From Haliotis rubra (Eukaryota), in contig NW_025765586.1 of the NCBI RefSeq assembly GCF_003918875.1, positions 1 through 64,000 on the forward strand: DNA of 64,000 nucleotides, read 5' to 3'. Every line of letters starts with the position of its first letter. Position 1 is the first letter of the stretch. Under the pieces are notes generated by a model. It saw nothing but the letters and a program-made list of their open reading frames with translations. It made no database searches and was not told the origin of the DNA. Of the stretch, positions 1-12,249 are shown in pieces. The position numbers were made by a program, and so were the translations under genes.

Positions 1-1143
1 GTTTCCTATGCAGAGTTTGGTCGTAAATGGAGACTCGCACCATTTCAATATAGGGCTCGGAAGCTAAGCTCTTCGGACTTGTACATTGCAATTCTAGGAA
101 AACTACTCTCTGAAGAAGAAAAATAAATTCTTAGATATCGTTGTCGGTGAATTTGGTCTTGGAAGTGATATCAGGAACCCAATGTACAGAAACCATCCAT
201 CTTCTTCTTCTTGACTGGGCATATATTTATCAGCACAATGCCCAGATATTCACCTTTTACAACGTCAGGATGTCATGAGAAAAGTGGTGGCTTTCTTTGC
301 TCACATATACTTGCTGAACTTAAAGGGCAAGCAAGCATCAGCTACAGCATCCTAGACCAAGACCCACAAGGAGAGGGATATTGTAAAACACCAGGTTCTG
401 GAAGAGACTTCTATGACACAATGACATACTCTGCGGAAGGTAGACAGTCAGTTCCATAACTCCGAGAGAAAGATTGTACCTCACGTTTTAGTTACAGTCA
501 GCGGAGCGGCAGCTCTCGCCATTCTTCTACATAACGAACGACCAAAAGCCAAGTCATGTAAAGGCTCTCTTTCAGGGTTGGTTCCATCCGACAGAAGTGG
601 AAGATCCACCTATAGCAATAATATCTGAATGCACAGAAGAAAGCAACTCTGGCTACCGACCAGCCAGTTCCACGTCTCCAACTCCATGGTAACCGTTCCT
701 GCTGGAAGCGAGTTTATTGCGCTACCAGTTCCACACAACCCACAACTTTGCCCATGTCTCTACTGCTGACGTTAGGAACACCTACTTCACTCCAACCGGC
801 ATAGTTTGTCCCAATTCATAACACCGTCGTCGATGTTAAAGTAAACGTCCCGGAACATTGGCAACCTTTGACTTGTGTCGTCTGAGATAAGTATCAGTTT
901 CCAGTATGAAGTTCCCCATCAGAAACTAAAGACGGTGATTGTGAACGGTCACTCATGATACTCCTTCGGTCTTCTGACCCACAATGGCCCGGATGGGGCT
1001 ACTTCGTCTGGGAGGTCTTTGAGTCACAACGTTCTACCAACAACTCTGCTACAATTCCAATCACAACAATGACGTCAGAGCTGAGCTTCGCTGAGTCTGA
1101 GGTTATGTATCCAACTGTAGCGGTGATCGTTGGAAGTCACTGG
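1..1143 (+). pseudogene. GH86-like porphyranase/agarase copy A: 3' part of exon 3 only, truncated by the window edge and heavily indel-disrupted
   Basis: Colinear with exon 3 of copy E from ~29744 (GESHHFH ... GGYVSTVAVIVGSH). Many scattered indels; the stop position reads TGG instead of TGA; AATAAA at 1175. The indel density suggests poor consensus rather than a proven pseudogene. Confidence 0.8.
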
Positions 1144-3215
1144 CGGTTATTCATGTAAGGAATCTAACTGATTGAATAAATCTTAATATTATAAAAAACT
1201 TAATATTTGTACTAAATTTATCGCCAATTCATGAAATGCGTATTATATGTAACTAAGTACATCTAGATGCATGTACGACATTGGTTATGGAGTGTTGAAG
1301 GTGTTGAATGGATTTTTACCTATAGATGGCACTGTGCACCTGAAAGCTGATATTGATATTAATGCCAGTGCCAAGACTTGTTCTAATTCATTAAAAAACC
1401 AATTCACTTAAAGTGAGTGCAAAATACCCAGATGCATAGGAATTGGTCATGCAGTCTTGATCTTCTTTGATGGTCAGCGTACAACGCAAAACACAATTTT
1501 GCAGATTCTGATGATACCGTTCGGTATGGACTTACAGTAACAATTTATTAAACATACAAAAACGCATGATGAAACACTTCGCCAAGCGCGAAATCGGATG
1601 TTCAAAAGATTCACTAAATTCACCCTAATAGGGTGAAAAGAAATTGAATTTCAACGGCTGTTCTGTGCTGCGCTTATGAATTGCATGCGCAGTGGATAGA
1701 GTTCCTTCCAGCTTAAAGCGGGATGCCTTGAATTATAAAGTCAGTGAGCAGCAGTAGTCTAATCTTAGTTATTGTACACAAACAACAAATAGTAAACAAT
1801 CTAACTTGATACGTAAAGGAACGCATGTTAAGGATCTAGGACGTTTTCTGCTGTATGTCGAACAGTGGGTGGTTCGATATCTAAGCTATCGGAAAACCTT
1901 CACTTCTGTTGAGTAGTGGCTATTTTCTTGAAATCGTAATTGTTATTTATTCACAGGCGCGAGCTTTTATATGTTATGACAATAGGATTACCGATTTAAC
2001 TGTGTATATATAGTCTCATTTGACTATTTCACCACACGTTCTTCTTACCGAGTCACTTTCGATACTTAAAGCACATGTCATTATTTAGCGTTGTCAAATT
2101 TCTAACTGTGATATAGATATGCCTCTGTCACGAACCATAAACTCAATGTCTGTTTTATTGACACCTGGGTGTCTACTTACTGCCTATCTGCTAATGATAA
2201 TATACAATATACAACTTCCATCACTAACCACAGGCAATTTGAATTCGACACCTATCAGGCTTTCGCCATAAAAACGCATTGATTTATGGCTCGTGCACCT
2301 GAGTTCTGTCTCTGTCGCATTATGTAATTACACAGACAGGCAAGTGTGATAATTGTACACATGACATCTTTATGATGTTTGTTGATTGCAAAATGTTATA
2401 CACAAAAATAAGCATGTATTTACAAACCCAACATTTTTATACACACTAAAGAGCCCTGAGTGTATCGGCAAAGGAACCTAGATAATGAAAGACTTCATTA
2501 CACTTAAGTGCACGCCACCCAGCTCTGACTGGATTCGGGTATCCTGGGTGCTTCGTTTCGAGTGAAGTAAACCCTAGTACCAAATATTGCACTTTTGATT
2601 TGCGTGATTGCACGCTTATAATTTTGTTTTTATTTTTTTTTTTTCATAATCAGCAATGTATTTTATATGTCATGAATAAATGATAATTGTGTTTTAACTA
2701 TGTTTTATGCTTTTGGTTGCATCTAAGCTTTAAGGATTGAATGAGTCTTATTCATTTTACCTCTTTGATGAAGTCCATACAGGCTTGAACATGCATATTA
2801 CAGCCAAGGAGAACAAAGATATCATTATGTAGATCCCGCATTGGAACTTTTCTTAAATATTTCTTGTCCTGACATAGTTTTTTATATGTTTGGCACCGAA
2901 TAAGGGATTCCACATCTGAAGTTCCCCCAGCAAAAATATGGTGGTCGTAAGAGGCCAAATCTGTTGGGTACTCAGGCTCTGTGGCACTGTTTATGGTGTG
3001 TCAATATACAATGCCTCATAATATGATTCAGTGGATTGCCTTGTCCACCCCTTCTTAACAGACCGTCATTAAAAGGTGCAGGAATACACCATGCACACAA
3101 GCATGACATGTTCACCGTTGGAATGACAATAAGTCATGCACATGGGCATGGAATGTTCTAAATATCCTTCGTTTACTGTTTAATACCTTATGTACCTATG
3201 TTCTGTGTATCGTAA

Positions 3216-3388
3216 GGGGGAGGGGTAGCCTAGTGGTTAAAGCGTTTGCTTAGACCCGAAGCAACCCGGGTTCGATTCCCTTACATGGGTACAATGTGTG
3301 ACGCCCATTTCTGGTGTCCCCTAACGCCGTGATATTGTTGGAATATTGCTGAAAGCGGTGTAAAACCATACTCACTCACTCACTCACT
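3216..3388 (+). mobile_element. tRNA-derived SINE (family A)
   Basis: A box TAGCCTAGTGG, B box GGTTCGATTCC, (CACT)n tail, target-site duplication (TSD) TGTATCGTAA. Confidence 0.9.
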
Positions 3389-3474
3389 GTATCGTAACGT
3401 TCTTGAATGCAGCAGTCAGAAGAACAACAACCATATTACACTAGCTCTTAATTGAGATGCATAAGTTTTATTTC

Positions 3475-3620
3475 AATTTGTTTGACCTTTATTACTTTAG
3501 AAATTGGAAACGGTGTGCAGACCTTTGGACATAGTTCTAACCATTTAGATATTTAGACTTACATCCTGCAACAAGTATGGATGCAAGTGGAGGCTCACAC
3601 CATTTCCATGGCAGTTCTTA
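3475..3620 (+). pseudogene. Degenerate ~145-bp fragment of GH86-like exon 3
   Basis: TTGTTTGACC...AATTGGAAACGG...ACAAGTATGGATGCAAGTGGAGGCTCACACCATTTCCATGG matches the LFDR..FRNWK..YTSMDVSGGSHHFHG segment. Confidence 0.75.
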
Positions 3621-3939
3621 TGTATTATAGCGTTCTTGAATGCTGCAGTCAGAAAAACTACAACAATTTTACACCAGCTCTTATTTGTGGTACACAGTTT
3701 ATATTTCTGGTCACACCTTAGTCTGATGATAGGTTTGGTGTTTGTACACTAAACTGAATTAATGGCAGTTAGCCAAAGTCATGATGTTTGAACCTGGTAA
3801 AGTAAATGCATACGTAATAATACATCTACAAAATCATACAAGAGGAATCTATGTTTTCAAATTCAAGTGCAGTCATTATAGGCATAAGGGCTTGGTTGTG
3901 TCTTTTACCAACTAATATGATAAGAATTGTTACACATTT

Positions 3940-5460
3940 GAAATTTTCCACACTGCGCATGTCAGCTTGGCACAAGAATCTCTCCAAGAAGTTACCGATG
4001 CCCTTATGAGTGATGTACTGTGATGCCTGCCTGTTTTGTCCCTGATGAGACGTTGGAAGGTGGCTGGATCCTGTTTGAGAAAGAAAGACAGAACTGGAGT
4101 CAGAAAGGTTGAAATGAACTTTGCAGGCTAGGTCAGTGGAATCTCGCCAACACCTAAGCAATGGGTCATACATGCTGACGTAATTGGCATTCTTTCCATG
4201 CAGGAGTAGATAATCAGAAATTTCATACGTATATCCAAGATTTTAACTACTGGTTTATCTTTGGCGTCAGGAAGATGCTGAGAATGATGCAGCTGATGAT
4301 CCATCCTCAGTTAAACTGGAGATTGCAAGTCCTTATGGGCAAGGAAAACGTAACACCAAGTTGAATTGACGTTCCAGAGGTGATGACAGCGATTTACAAA
4401 CTCATGGACAAGGAAGCTGTCATCGAACTAAACCCAGCAGATCCAGGACTCTGGTTCTTCTCTCTGGTACAACAGAGATCCACTTGAAGATCCTCAACCA
4501 GGACTACCTGAGACGACCACCAAAGTTTCTGGATGAAGTCTATGTGGGACCTGAGACAGTCGATCTCCATACAGGACCACATGGTCTCCATAGATCTGCA
4601 GGATGCTTAGCTATGCATATAACACAGACTCTCAGAAATATCTACGCATTGCTGTTAAGGAAGACTGTTCCATTTCTTGGTCTTACCAGTTAGAATAGCC
4701 ATAATTCCGTGGCTCTTTACGATGATAACAGACCCATTAACCTGTGCTGTGCCGTCTCCATCCTTTTCGCACACCTGGATGTCCCTTTCTTTGCACTCTC
4801 CTCGTAACAGATAGAGAACTGTGTCAATATTTTAATGATAGTTTTTAAAAAAAGATTTTTTAGGACATAAATTCTGCAAACAAATCACAGAGTTGGTCTG
4901 ATGTTTTGGTTATGATCAGCGTTTCATTGAGTATTATATGTTATTAGTTTTCGAGTTAGATTGCAATTCATCGGTCCGCTTTTGAGCCAAACGGACTATA
5001 CACGTGTGAGAACTATCCAATGATATCTAAATGTCAGACGGATTTTCAAAAGGGGTTTCCTTAACCGTTTCTCAATCACTTAAACCTTTGACATCTGGTC
5101 TCTATGACTACAAGTGTCGTCGATTCCAGCAGTTGGGAATCAGAATCTAACACCTCAAATGGTAGACTACGACTAAAATGCGAAGAGAGTCATATCCAAT
5201 CAGAAATAACACTTGTTCCTCTTTGGAATGGACGAGATACGGACCGGGAGTGATGTCATCGTGACGTCATCCGAACTCACTGTGTCATCATCTGAGTGAT
5301 CATTAACCAAGAATTGCATCATAGTCCACCAAGTCATTAAGTACAGCTGCATGAGACTTGAGAGTTGTCAAAACAAGCAAACGCCAGTCTATTTGTCTTA
5401 TCAAATTTGATTTGTAAGATATATGCTTGTCTTCCTAGTCTAGTCCGGGAAACTCGGCTG
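3940..5460 (+). mobile_element. Degenerate DIRS1-like tyrosine-recombinase retrotransposon relic (YR region largely deleted)
   Basis: RT-like pieces IYKLMDKEAVIELNPADPG, SIDLQDA, SQKYLRIAVK; YR N-terminal-like SQSLKPLTSGLYDYKCRRFQQ. Boundaries approximate. Confidence 0.6.
4743..5000. mobile_element. One arm of the palindromic MITE family seen at 51183-51732 (also at 34354-34610)
   Basis: Shares GTGCTGTGCCGTCTCCATCCTTT...CTCGTAACA..TTGCAATTCATCGGTCCG..AAACGGACT with that element. Confidence 0.7.
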
Positions 5461-5817
5461 TGGATTCGACTATCAAGGATGGGCAGGCCTTTTAAATCAA
5501 GTGTCAGAGGGAAGTATTATCAACAGTGATAATAGGTTTTAGAATACTACTTCTAACACTTGATTTAAAGGCCTGCCCCTTCCTTCACCGGATTCCCAGA
5601 GTACATTTCACTAAATGTCCATTAGAAAATTAATGAAGTGTCCCGTGCTTACCGGGGAGTCAACTCCTTCGGATAGCGCATGGGAAGACAATGTGGACGT
5701 AAGAAAACACAACTCAATGGATTTTGATTAATTTTATTCAGTTAAACCTGAGGATCAGAAACAAGTTTCTTGAAAAGGTATTCTAATCATTGTTGATAAT
5801 ACTTCAAAATTAATTTC

Positions 5818-6142
5818 CCCGGCCGCATCATACCAAAAGACGTTAAAATATGGTACTTGTTGGTCCCTGCCTGGCACTCGGCATTAATGGGTACAACAAG
5901 GACTGGTCGGCTCGGAGTCAGTATAATGTGTCTGAGTGGGGGTATTCATGCTTCACTGCGGCATGGTATCTCCAGTGGGCTAGCACTATAAAACCAGCTT
6001 AAGTCTGGGCTAGTACAAGCAGCCGCACATATGTACATATACACACGCATGCACGTCGTCATATGAGCGAAATATTCTCAAGCACCGACGTTAAACCTAA
6101 TTTCACCTCACCTCACCTCACCTCACCTCACCTACCTCACCT
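5818..6142 (+). mobile_element. 5'-truncated V-domain-type SINE with (CTCAC)n tail (second copy at ~35920-36224)
   Basis: CATACCAAAAGACGTTAAAATATGGTACTTG..CCCTGCCTGGCACTCGGCATTAA resembles the V-SINE central domain (from memory); flanked by TCAAAATTA. Confidence 0.65.
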
Positions 6143-6312
6143 CAAAATTACTAGTATTCCTTTGGGGTCCTAGTTGTACAATAAAAAGCTGATATAATCT
6201 CATTAAACTAGTATTTCTCATAAAATATATCTTTTTAGATTCAAATAGAACCAGCTTTTAATCTCACTCGGGTATATTTTAAGGTTTCAAAGTCTATATT
6301 TACAGTGGAATT

Positions 6313-6364
6313 GGGATTGTGCAACCGATAAGATAGCAACATTCTTTCCTATATATGTATATAA
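6313..6364 (+). promoter_or_regulatory. Conserved proximal promoter of copy B (tandem GATA + TATA)
   Basis: GGGATTGTGCAACCGATAAGATAGCAACATTCTTTCC...TATATAA, ~70-120 bp upstream of the ATG; conserved before all full copies. Confidence 0.65.
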
Positions 6365-6435
6365 GATACAGCCTTGTTAGCTGATTGTCACTGATTCTCT
6401 TGTTTGTTGATATATCTATCGTGATAGCAGCAGAG

Positions 6436-9400
6436 ATGAAATATCTTACACTTTTCGTGTGTATTCTATCAACTGCAAGGTGTGATTACACCGTGTCCAT
6501 TTATCCTGAAATTCTCAAGATTGGGGCCGCATACTCATTTCAACCACGGGCGATGGAATGGTAAGAATGGACTGGACAGCTCAACAACTATTCCTCTTGT
6601 CAAGGGAGTTGGCGCAACCGCAGCCAGATGGTTGAACAGAGATTTGGGAAATGGGTTATTTGAGAAGGTAAGACACATTATATTGTTTCTGAAACTTTAA
6701 TGAGAATTGTTAATTGTCTTCCCTTAAAAGAGTGAGTGAGTGCGTTGTATTTAAAGCCGCATGGAAGAAGAAGAAGAAGAAGAAGAAGAAGAAGGGTTTA
6801 TTTTGTATAAATGCCATACGACCCATCGTACAAGGTGGTACAATGGTGATTTTGGTTACCATTTTCATACAACAACGCTAACAGGAGCAGAATAAACATG
6901 TTCTAAGAACTTGACAAAATTATTTATGATGTTATTGTCGGATGATGTGCATATGCTGCGGAGTGAATAATAATATCCATGGACCGTTTTCGGAATGTAA
7001 CGCCGACGCATATCCTCATAGCGTTTACAAATATAGACAATATGGATTTCATCCTCAATACTTTTACAGTGTTTACATATCATCATTGCAGGAGGCAGTA
7101 CCTATTCTAATATATTTGATACCTAGTGCATTACACCCTGATCTAAATAATGTGAACAGACGCTTGCACTTATTACTTATGTTCAATGATAAATATTTTT
7201 CACAGGTCAACAGAGATTTATGGGACTTATAGAAAGACAGCGAAGGAACATCTAGGGACAAATGCCACAAATGCACATGGAAGAATGTACCACTTACATC
7301 ACAGCGTGACTGCTTGATATGGGAGGAATGTTTTAGACTTTAGACTTTGATGATACCTACGATCAGGTTATGTTGTTCACATGTCCAGAAACCCGAAAGA
7401 GACGAATAGGGATTGTTACCATAGGTTTCTGGCATGCTCAAGGGACGTAGGGCGGTGGGGTAGCATAGTGGTTAAAGCATTGGCTCGTCACGCCGAAGAC
7501 CCGGGTTCGATTCCCCACATGGGCACAATGTGTTAAGCCCATTTCTGGTGTCCCCCGCCGTGATATTGCTGGAATATTGCTAAAAGCGGCGTTAAACTAA
7601 ACTCAGTCAGTCAGTCAGTCAAGGGACGTATTTCTGCATTTTGAATTGCTGTGTCAGGGTCAGCGTCACTCCTGCACCCTTTCATTTAATGGCTTATCCC
7701 AAAGTTCATTAGATTACCAAACTTAATGACTATTTAACCTTCTATCACGTTTCATGGCAGGCACCTGAGGACCCCCACAAGAAGGGCTATCCTGACCCGA
7801 AGTACTTCGAGGCGAATCAAAATAAGATCAGCAGCAATTACTTAAACGTTATGAATGGATACGGAAACCCTGAAATGGTCATGGAAATAAAAGGTATTTC
7901 AACATTTACACCCAAATGAATAAATGGGTGGAGGAATGTCTCTTGAGATTACATACCCCTGCCATACTATAGTTTGGCATGAAATGCATGTGGACCCGTT
8001 TTTTTGTAAATATCTCTTCATCCAATGACCCAATCGATCTCAAACTGTGCAAGTGGATGTTTTGTCAGACAACCTAATCACATTGTAAATCGCCGATTTT
8101 ATGCATTTGTATTAAAGAATCTGTCTATGTAACTGTCAACAAAATAAACAGCAGACCGCAGACTGCTTGCAGAGGTAGGGAGCCAAATGACCTGTAACAG
8201 CGGCAGTGTTGGGTCATAAAGGTAAAAGGCATTTCATGCCAAACTATAATCTTCTGTAGTCGGAAATATGTATATGTTAATTTGTATGCTCTGTACGTGA
8301 GAAATGCCAACACTGTTGATTTGCATTGTCCTGGCACCACTCATGCTGACATAGTGCCGGATTTTGCTGTCTGTGTAGGCCTCTTTAAATATACCGATGT
8401 GAGTTGGTGTTTCCGGATAGGTCTTCGGACGACAGAATGGCAGTAACCAGAACCAAGCTGACATCTATGTCAACGAATGTGTTCACTTGTGTATGGATGA
8501 AACAGATGGCATGTTCTAGCACTACCGGTATTACCGGTTTACCGGTATACCGTAATACGCTTTTCAGAAGATATGTATTACAATATTTTTTTTCAGAACC
8601 ATAACATATATTTTTATAGGGACTTATCATGTACAGTCTAAGTAAACTTAGATTCAGTATTATTTGTTACACTGCTATATTGAGTCTAACAAAACCTTGT
8701 GGAAGGTCGCGTCAGGTAACCTTTGTTGGACCTATGACCATCCAATCAAAGGCGAGACGGCCGAACGGATTTAACCAATCAGCCAACGGCTACTATTTAG
8801 GGTTCGGCGAGACTTACAAAATGGATTTTCCCGTCCCCGGTCGCCAACACTGATCTCCCAACAAACGAAAATCCGCATAAAACACATATATTTGACCTGC
8901 AGTATATGCGCTTTGGGGTTCCTGTTGACATGGTTATCATAAGCTAATATTTCCTCAAGTTGACATGCTTGAATACTGACAAATGCTATTTTCAGCGAAT
9001 GTTTACCTACTGCTGTGGCGTGCATCACTACGAACCGATCGTACGGAAAATAGCATTCGGAATCGTTCGGGTACAAACTTTTCGAGGTAAAAGGTTCAAA
9101 GTTCGCGATTTGGTAAGCTGTGTTCTGATTGGTCAATTGAAAGGTTACCTAACGCGACCTTCTACTAGGTTCTGTGAGACTCAGAATAGCATTGTAACGA
9201 ATAATACTGAGTCTAAGTTTACTTCGGTAAGTTTACTTAGACTGTTATAATGTAGAAAATAGGATAGGCATGTACAATTAGTGTCACTTACTGTCTAACA
9301 CTTAATTTCGAATAAGTCGCAATACGTATCGCAATACGGGTACCTGAATCTATTTGCCAATACACAGCCCTATCATATCAAAGGTTTTATACACTTGAAC

Positions 9401-11272
9401 GACCAGGCAGAGATGCCGCTTTTCACGATGTGACTGGACAGTATGCTTCACAAGGTGTGCTGCGTTTTGGCAAACCCTTTCAAACTGAAACCTTGTTTTC
9501 ATTGCCTGAAGTGTGCTACTAAACAGTGGCATCATCGACATATTATCATCGTCGATAGGTACATCACTATGATGAAATACATTAGGGGTTGCTTAATTAA
9601 GTTCCATGTGTATATAACGAGCGGTTGTGTACTTTTTAATCTACGTATTCTCAGCAATTCTATAACCCTTTTCTCATCTGTTATTACGGTGATACTCGCT
9701 GGATGTTGAGTATTGAATGTATTGCCTGTTGAAATATGACAATTTAATCAACTGTTGAAAGTGGAGTTAGACCCTGCTCACTCTAATTCATAGGTTTGAT
9801 AATACATATTCAGGTGTGTATTGGCCTCACTGGATGGACACCTCTGCCCACCACGGATTCTTCCTGAACAACATCGATGCTGCAGCTGAGTTCGTCTTCC
9901 TGCTGGTCGATGCAGTCAACAAAGGAACCAAAGGACAAGCACCTATGTTCTTCGAAGTCATCAATGAACCAGAAAGTCAATGGAAGAACACGGACTGGAA
10001 TACCTTTATCAAATTTCATCAGGCTGTTGCTCTCGAAAATTAAGGCAAAATATCCCCATATGAGGGTTGGAGGTCCAACGTTAACTGGGGCTTCCATTTT
10101 GTTTGATCGTAATGACTTTAGGAATTGGAAACAGTATGCAGACTTTTTTGATATGGGTCTCAACAATTTAGATTTTTTCTCATTTCATTCCTACACAAGT
10201 ATGGATGTAAGTGGAGGCTCACACCATTTCCATGGGAGTTCCGAAGCTAAGCTTTTGGACTTCTGGATCTAGTTGAGAGCTACTCATAAGAAGAAAAATA
10301 AGTTGTTGGATATTATAGTCAGTGAATTTGGTCTCGGTCCAGTATCAGGACTTGATGTACAGAAGCCATCCACCTTTCTTGACTGGGCATACATTTACCA
10401 ACACAATGCCCAGATATTCACCTTTCTACAACGTCGGATGTCATGAGAAAAAGCCGTAGCTTCTGCTCACATATACTGACCTTAAAAGGGCAAGTATTAA
10501 CTCATAGCATTCTGGACAAGACCCACAAAGAGAGGGACATTGCCCAAGCTTTCAGGTTCTGGAAGAACTTCTATGATACAATGACATACTTACGAGTAGA
10601 CAGTCAGTTCCACAACCTGAGAGAAAGATTGTACCTCACGTTTTAGTTGATCAAACGAAACGGCGGCCTAACCATTCTTCTACATAACTATGACCAAAAG
10701 CCAAGTCATGTAAAGCTCTTCGACAAGGGTTGGTTCCATCCGACAAGTGGAAAGTCCACCTGTGAATATCTGAATGCACAGAAGAAAGCAACTCTAGCTA
10801 CAAACCAGCCAGTTCACGTCTCCAACTCTATGGTAACCGTTCCTGCTGAAGCGAGTTGTTACTTCCAGTTCCACACACTGTAAGCCACAACTTGCCCATG
10901 CTCCTACTGTGACCCAGAAAACGTACTACTCCACCGACATGGTTGTCCCATTCACAACACCGTCGTCGATGTTAAAGTTAACGTCCCGAACATTGGCAAC
11001 CTTGACTTTGTTCGTCTGAGAGTTGGTGTCAGTTTCAGCATAAAATCTCCCCATCAGAAACTCAAGACGGTGGTTGTGAACGGTCACTCCTTGACGTCCT
11101 TCTATTCTTCTGCAGACTCACAGTGGCTCTGTGAAGACACTGTATGGGAGGTCTTTGAGTACAACGTCCCCAACAACGTTGTACACCAACACAACAACGA
11201 CGTCAAACTTAGCTTCTCTCTGAGACTGGGGGTTATGTATCAACTGTGGCAGTGATCGTTGGAAGTCACTGA
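6436..11272 (+). CDS. GH86-like beta-porphyranase/agarase copy B (exons 6436-6667, 7761-7893, 9814-11272; several small frameshifts in this assembly)
   Basis: Signal peptide MKYLTLFVCILSTARC; GAGAAG|GTAAG donor; GCAG|GCACCT exon 2 (APEDPHKKGYPDPKYF..., 133 bp); CAG|GTGTG acceptor; EVINEP and VSEFG motifs; TGA at 11270-11272; AATAAA at ~11304. Near-identical to copy F. Confidence 0.8.
6765..7276 (-). mobile_element. 5'-truncated LINE 3' end in intron 1 of copy B
   Basis: ORF2 C-terminal-like FRSGCNALGI and CKHCKSIEDEIHIVYICKRYEDMR; AATAAA followed by a (TTC)n tail; TSD CATGGAAGAA. Confidence 0.8.
7450..7618 (+). mobile_element. tRNA-derived SINE (family A)
   Basis: A/B boxes, (CAGT)n tail, TSD TCAAGGGACGTA; orthologous insertion at 37120-37289. 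Confidence 0.9.
8631..9247. mobile_element. MITE with ~90-bp terminal inverted repeats (TIRs), nested in a hAT-like MITE (8518-9371)
   Basis: TACAGTCTAAGTAAACTTAGA...GGAAGGTCGCGTCAGGTAACCTT is mirrored by AAGGTTACC..CGCGACCTTC...GTTTACTTAGACTGT. Duplicate at 38321-38940. Confidence 0.8.
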
Positions 11273-12141
11273 TGGTGATTAATGTACAGAATCCCAATAA
11301 CTGAATAAATTCGGTTACAACATAGAAGTTGCACTTTACTTTATTTCAATGTGATGGAATGTGATATAAATCTCACCAAACCATTAAAACTTGTACTTGA
11401 AATTTGTTACTTCATTAGGTCCATGTAAAATAAAACAAAAACATCTGTATGTTTACAGATATGTTGAAATTGTAAAATTTGCCATTATTGAAATCTATGT
11501 AACTGATAAGAAAGGGCTATTAATAACAGTTCAGTTCAGTTCATGTCCATCTGCCTCTCAACAACAATCAAATGTATGAATTAAAAATTGATCTAACAAT
11601 AATCATAAACCTCATTTTTATCAAAAGAGTTTCCCAGGGTCACAATTCTCGAAAAGGTGAGGTACAATGACCTTGTCACAATGGTTAAGGTATCTAGAAA
11701 GATTGCTTCACACATACACACGCACGCACGCACGCACGCACGATCGCGAAAAAAAGTCAGATTTAGGATCCTGTTGGGTACAGACGTTTCAGGACTATGT
11801 GCCTTATTTATGTTTTGTGCACTTATCCCAATTTCGAGTTATTTAATCATTTGTCGTTCTCATTTGAACCCAAACGGACTATATATCCGAAAAAAACACT
11901 GTTTCAGCAGTATGACTTTGATTAATGAGGAATTTATGTAGAATCTGTTTGCACAGAAGCCAAATTGAAAATTTTATATATATGTACTTCAAGTGATTCT
12001 TTTGGGTATAAAATGTACATTTCTCTATAAACGTATTTATACAATACACTTACAATTATTTGTTGTTTTAATCTAAATCACATCACATATATACGTCTTC
12101 CATTAGTGTCTTATTAGTGTAATAGTGTCTATATTTGTAAT

Positions 12142-12194
12142 GGGGATTGTGCAGCTGATAAGATAGCAACATTCTTTCAAAAGAAAGTATATAA
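12142..12194 (+). promoter_or_regulatory. Conserved proximal promoter of copy C
   Basis: TGATAAGATAG at 12156-12166, TATATAA at 12188-12194. Confidence 0.65.
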
Positions 12195-12249
12195 GAGGTC
12201 CTATTAGCTGATTAGCACGGAGTTAATACCTAACGTAAAAGCAGTGGAG

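Noticed and set aside
2752-2975. Minus-strand ORF preceded by PEYPTDLASYDHHIF, faintly like mariner YSPDLAP.D
   Set aside because: A single weak motif with no other transposase features, and frameshifted in the duplicate block.
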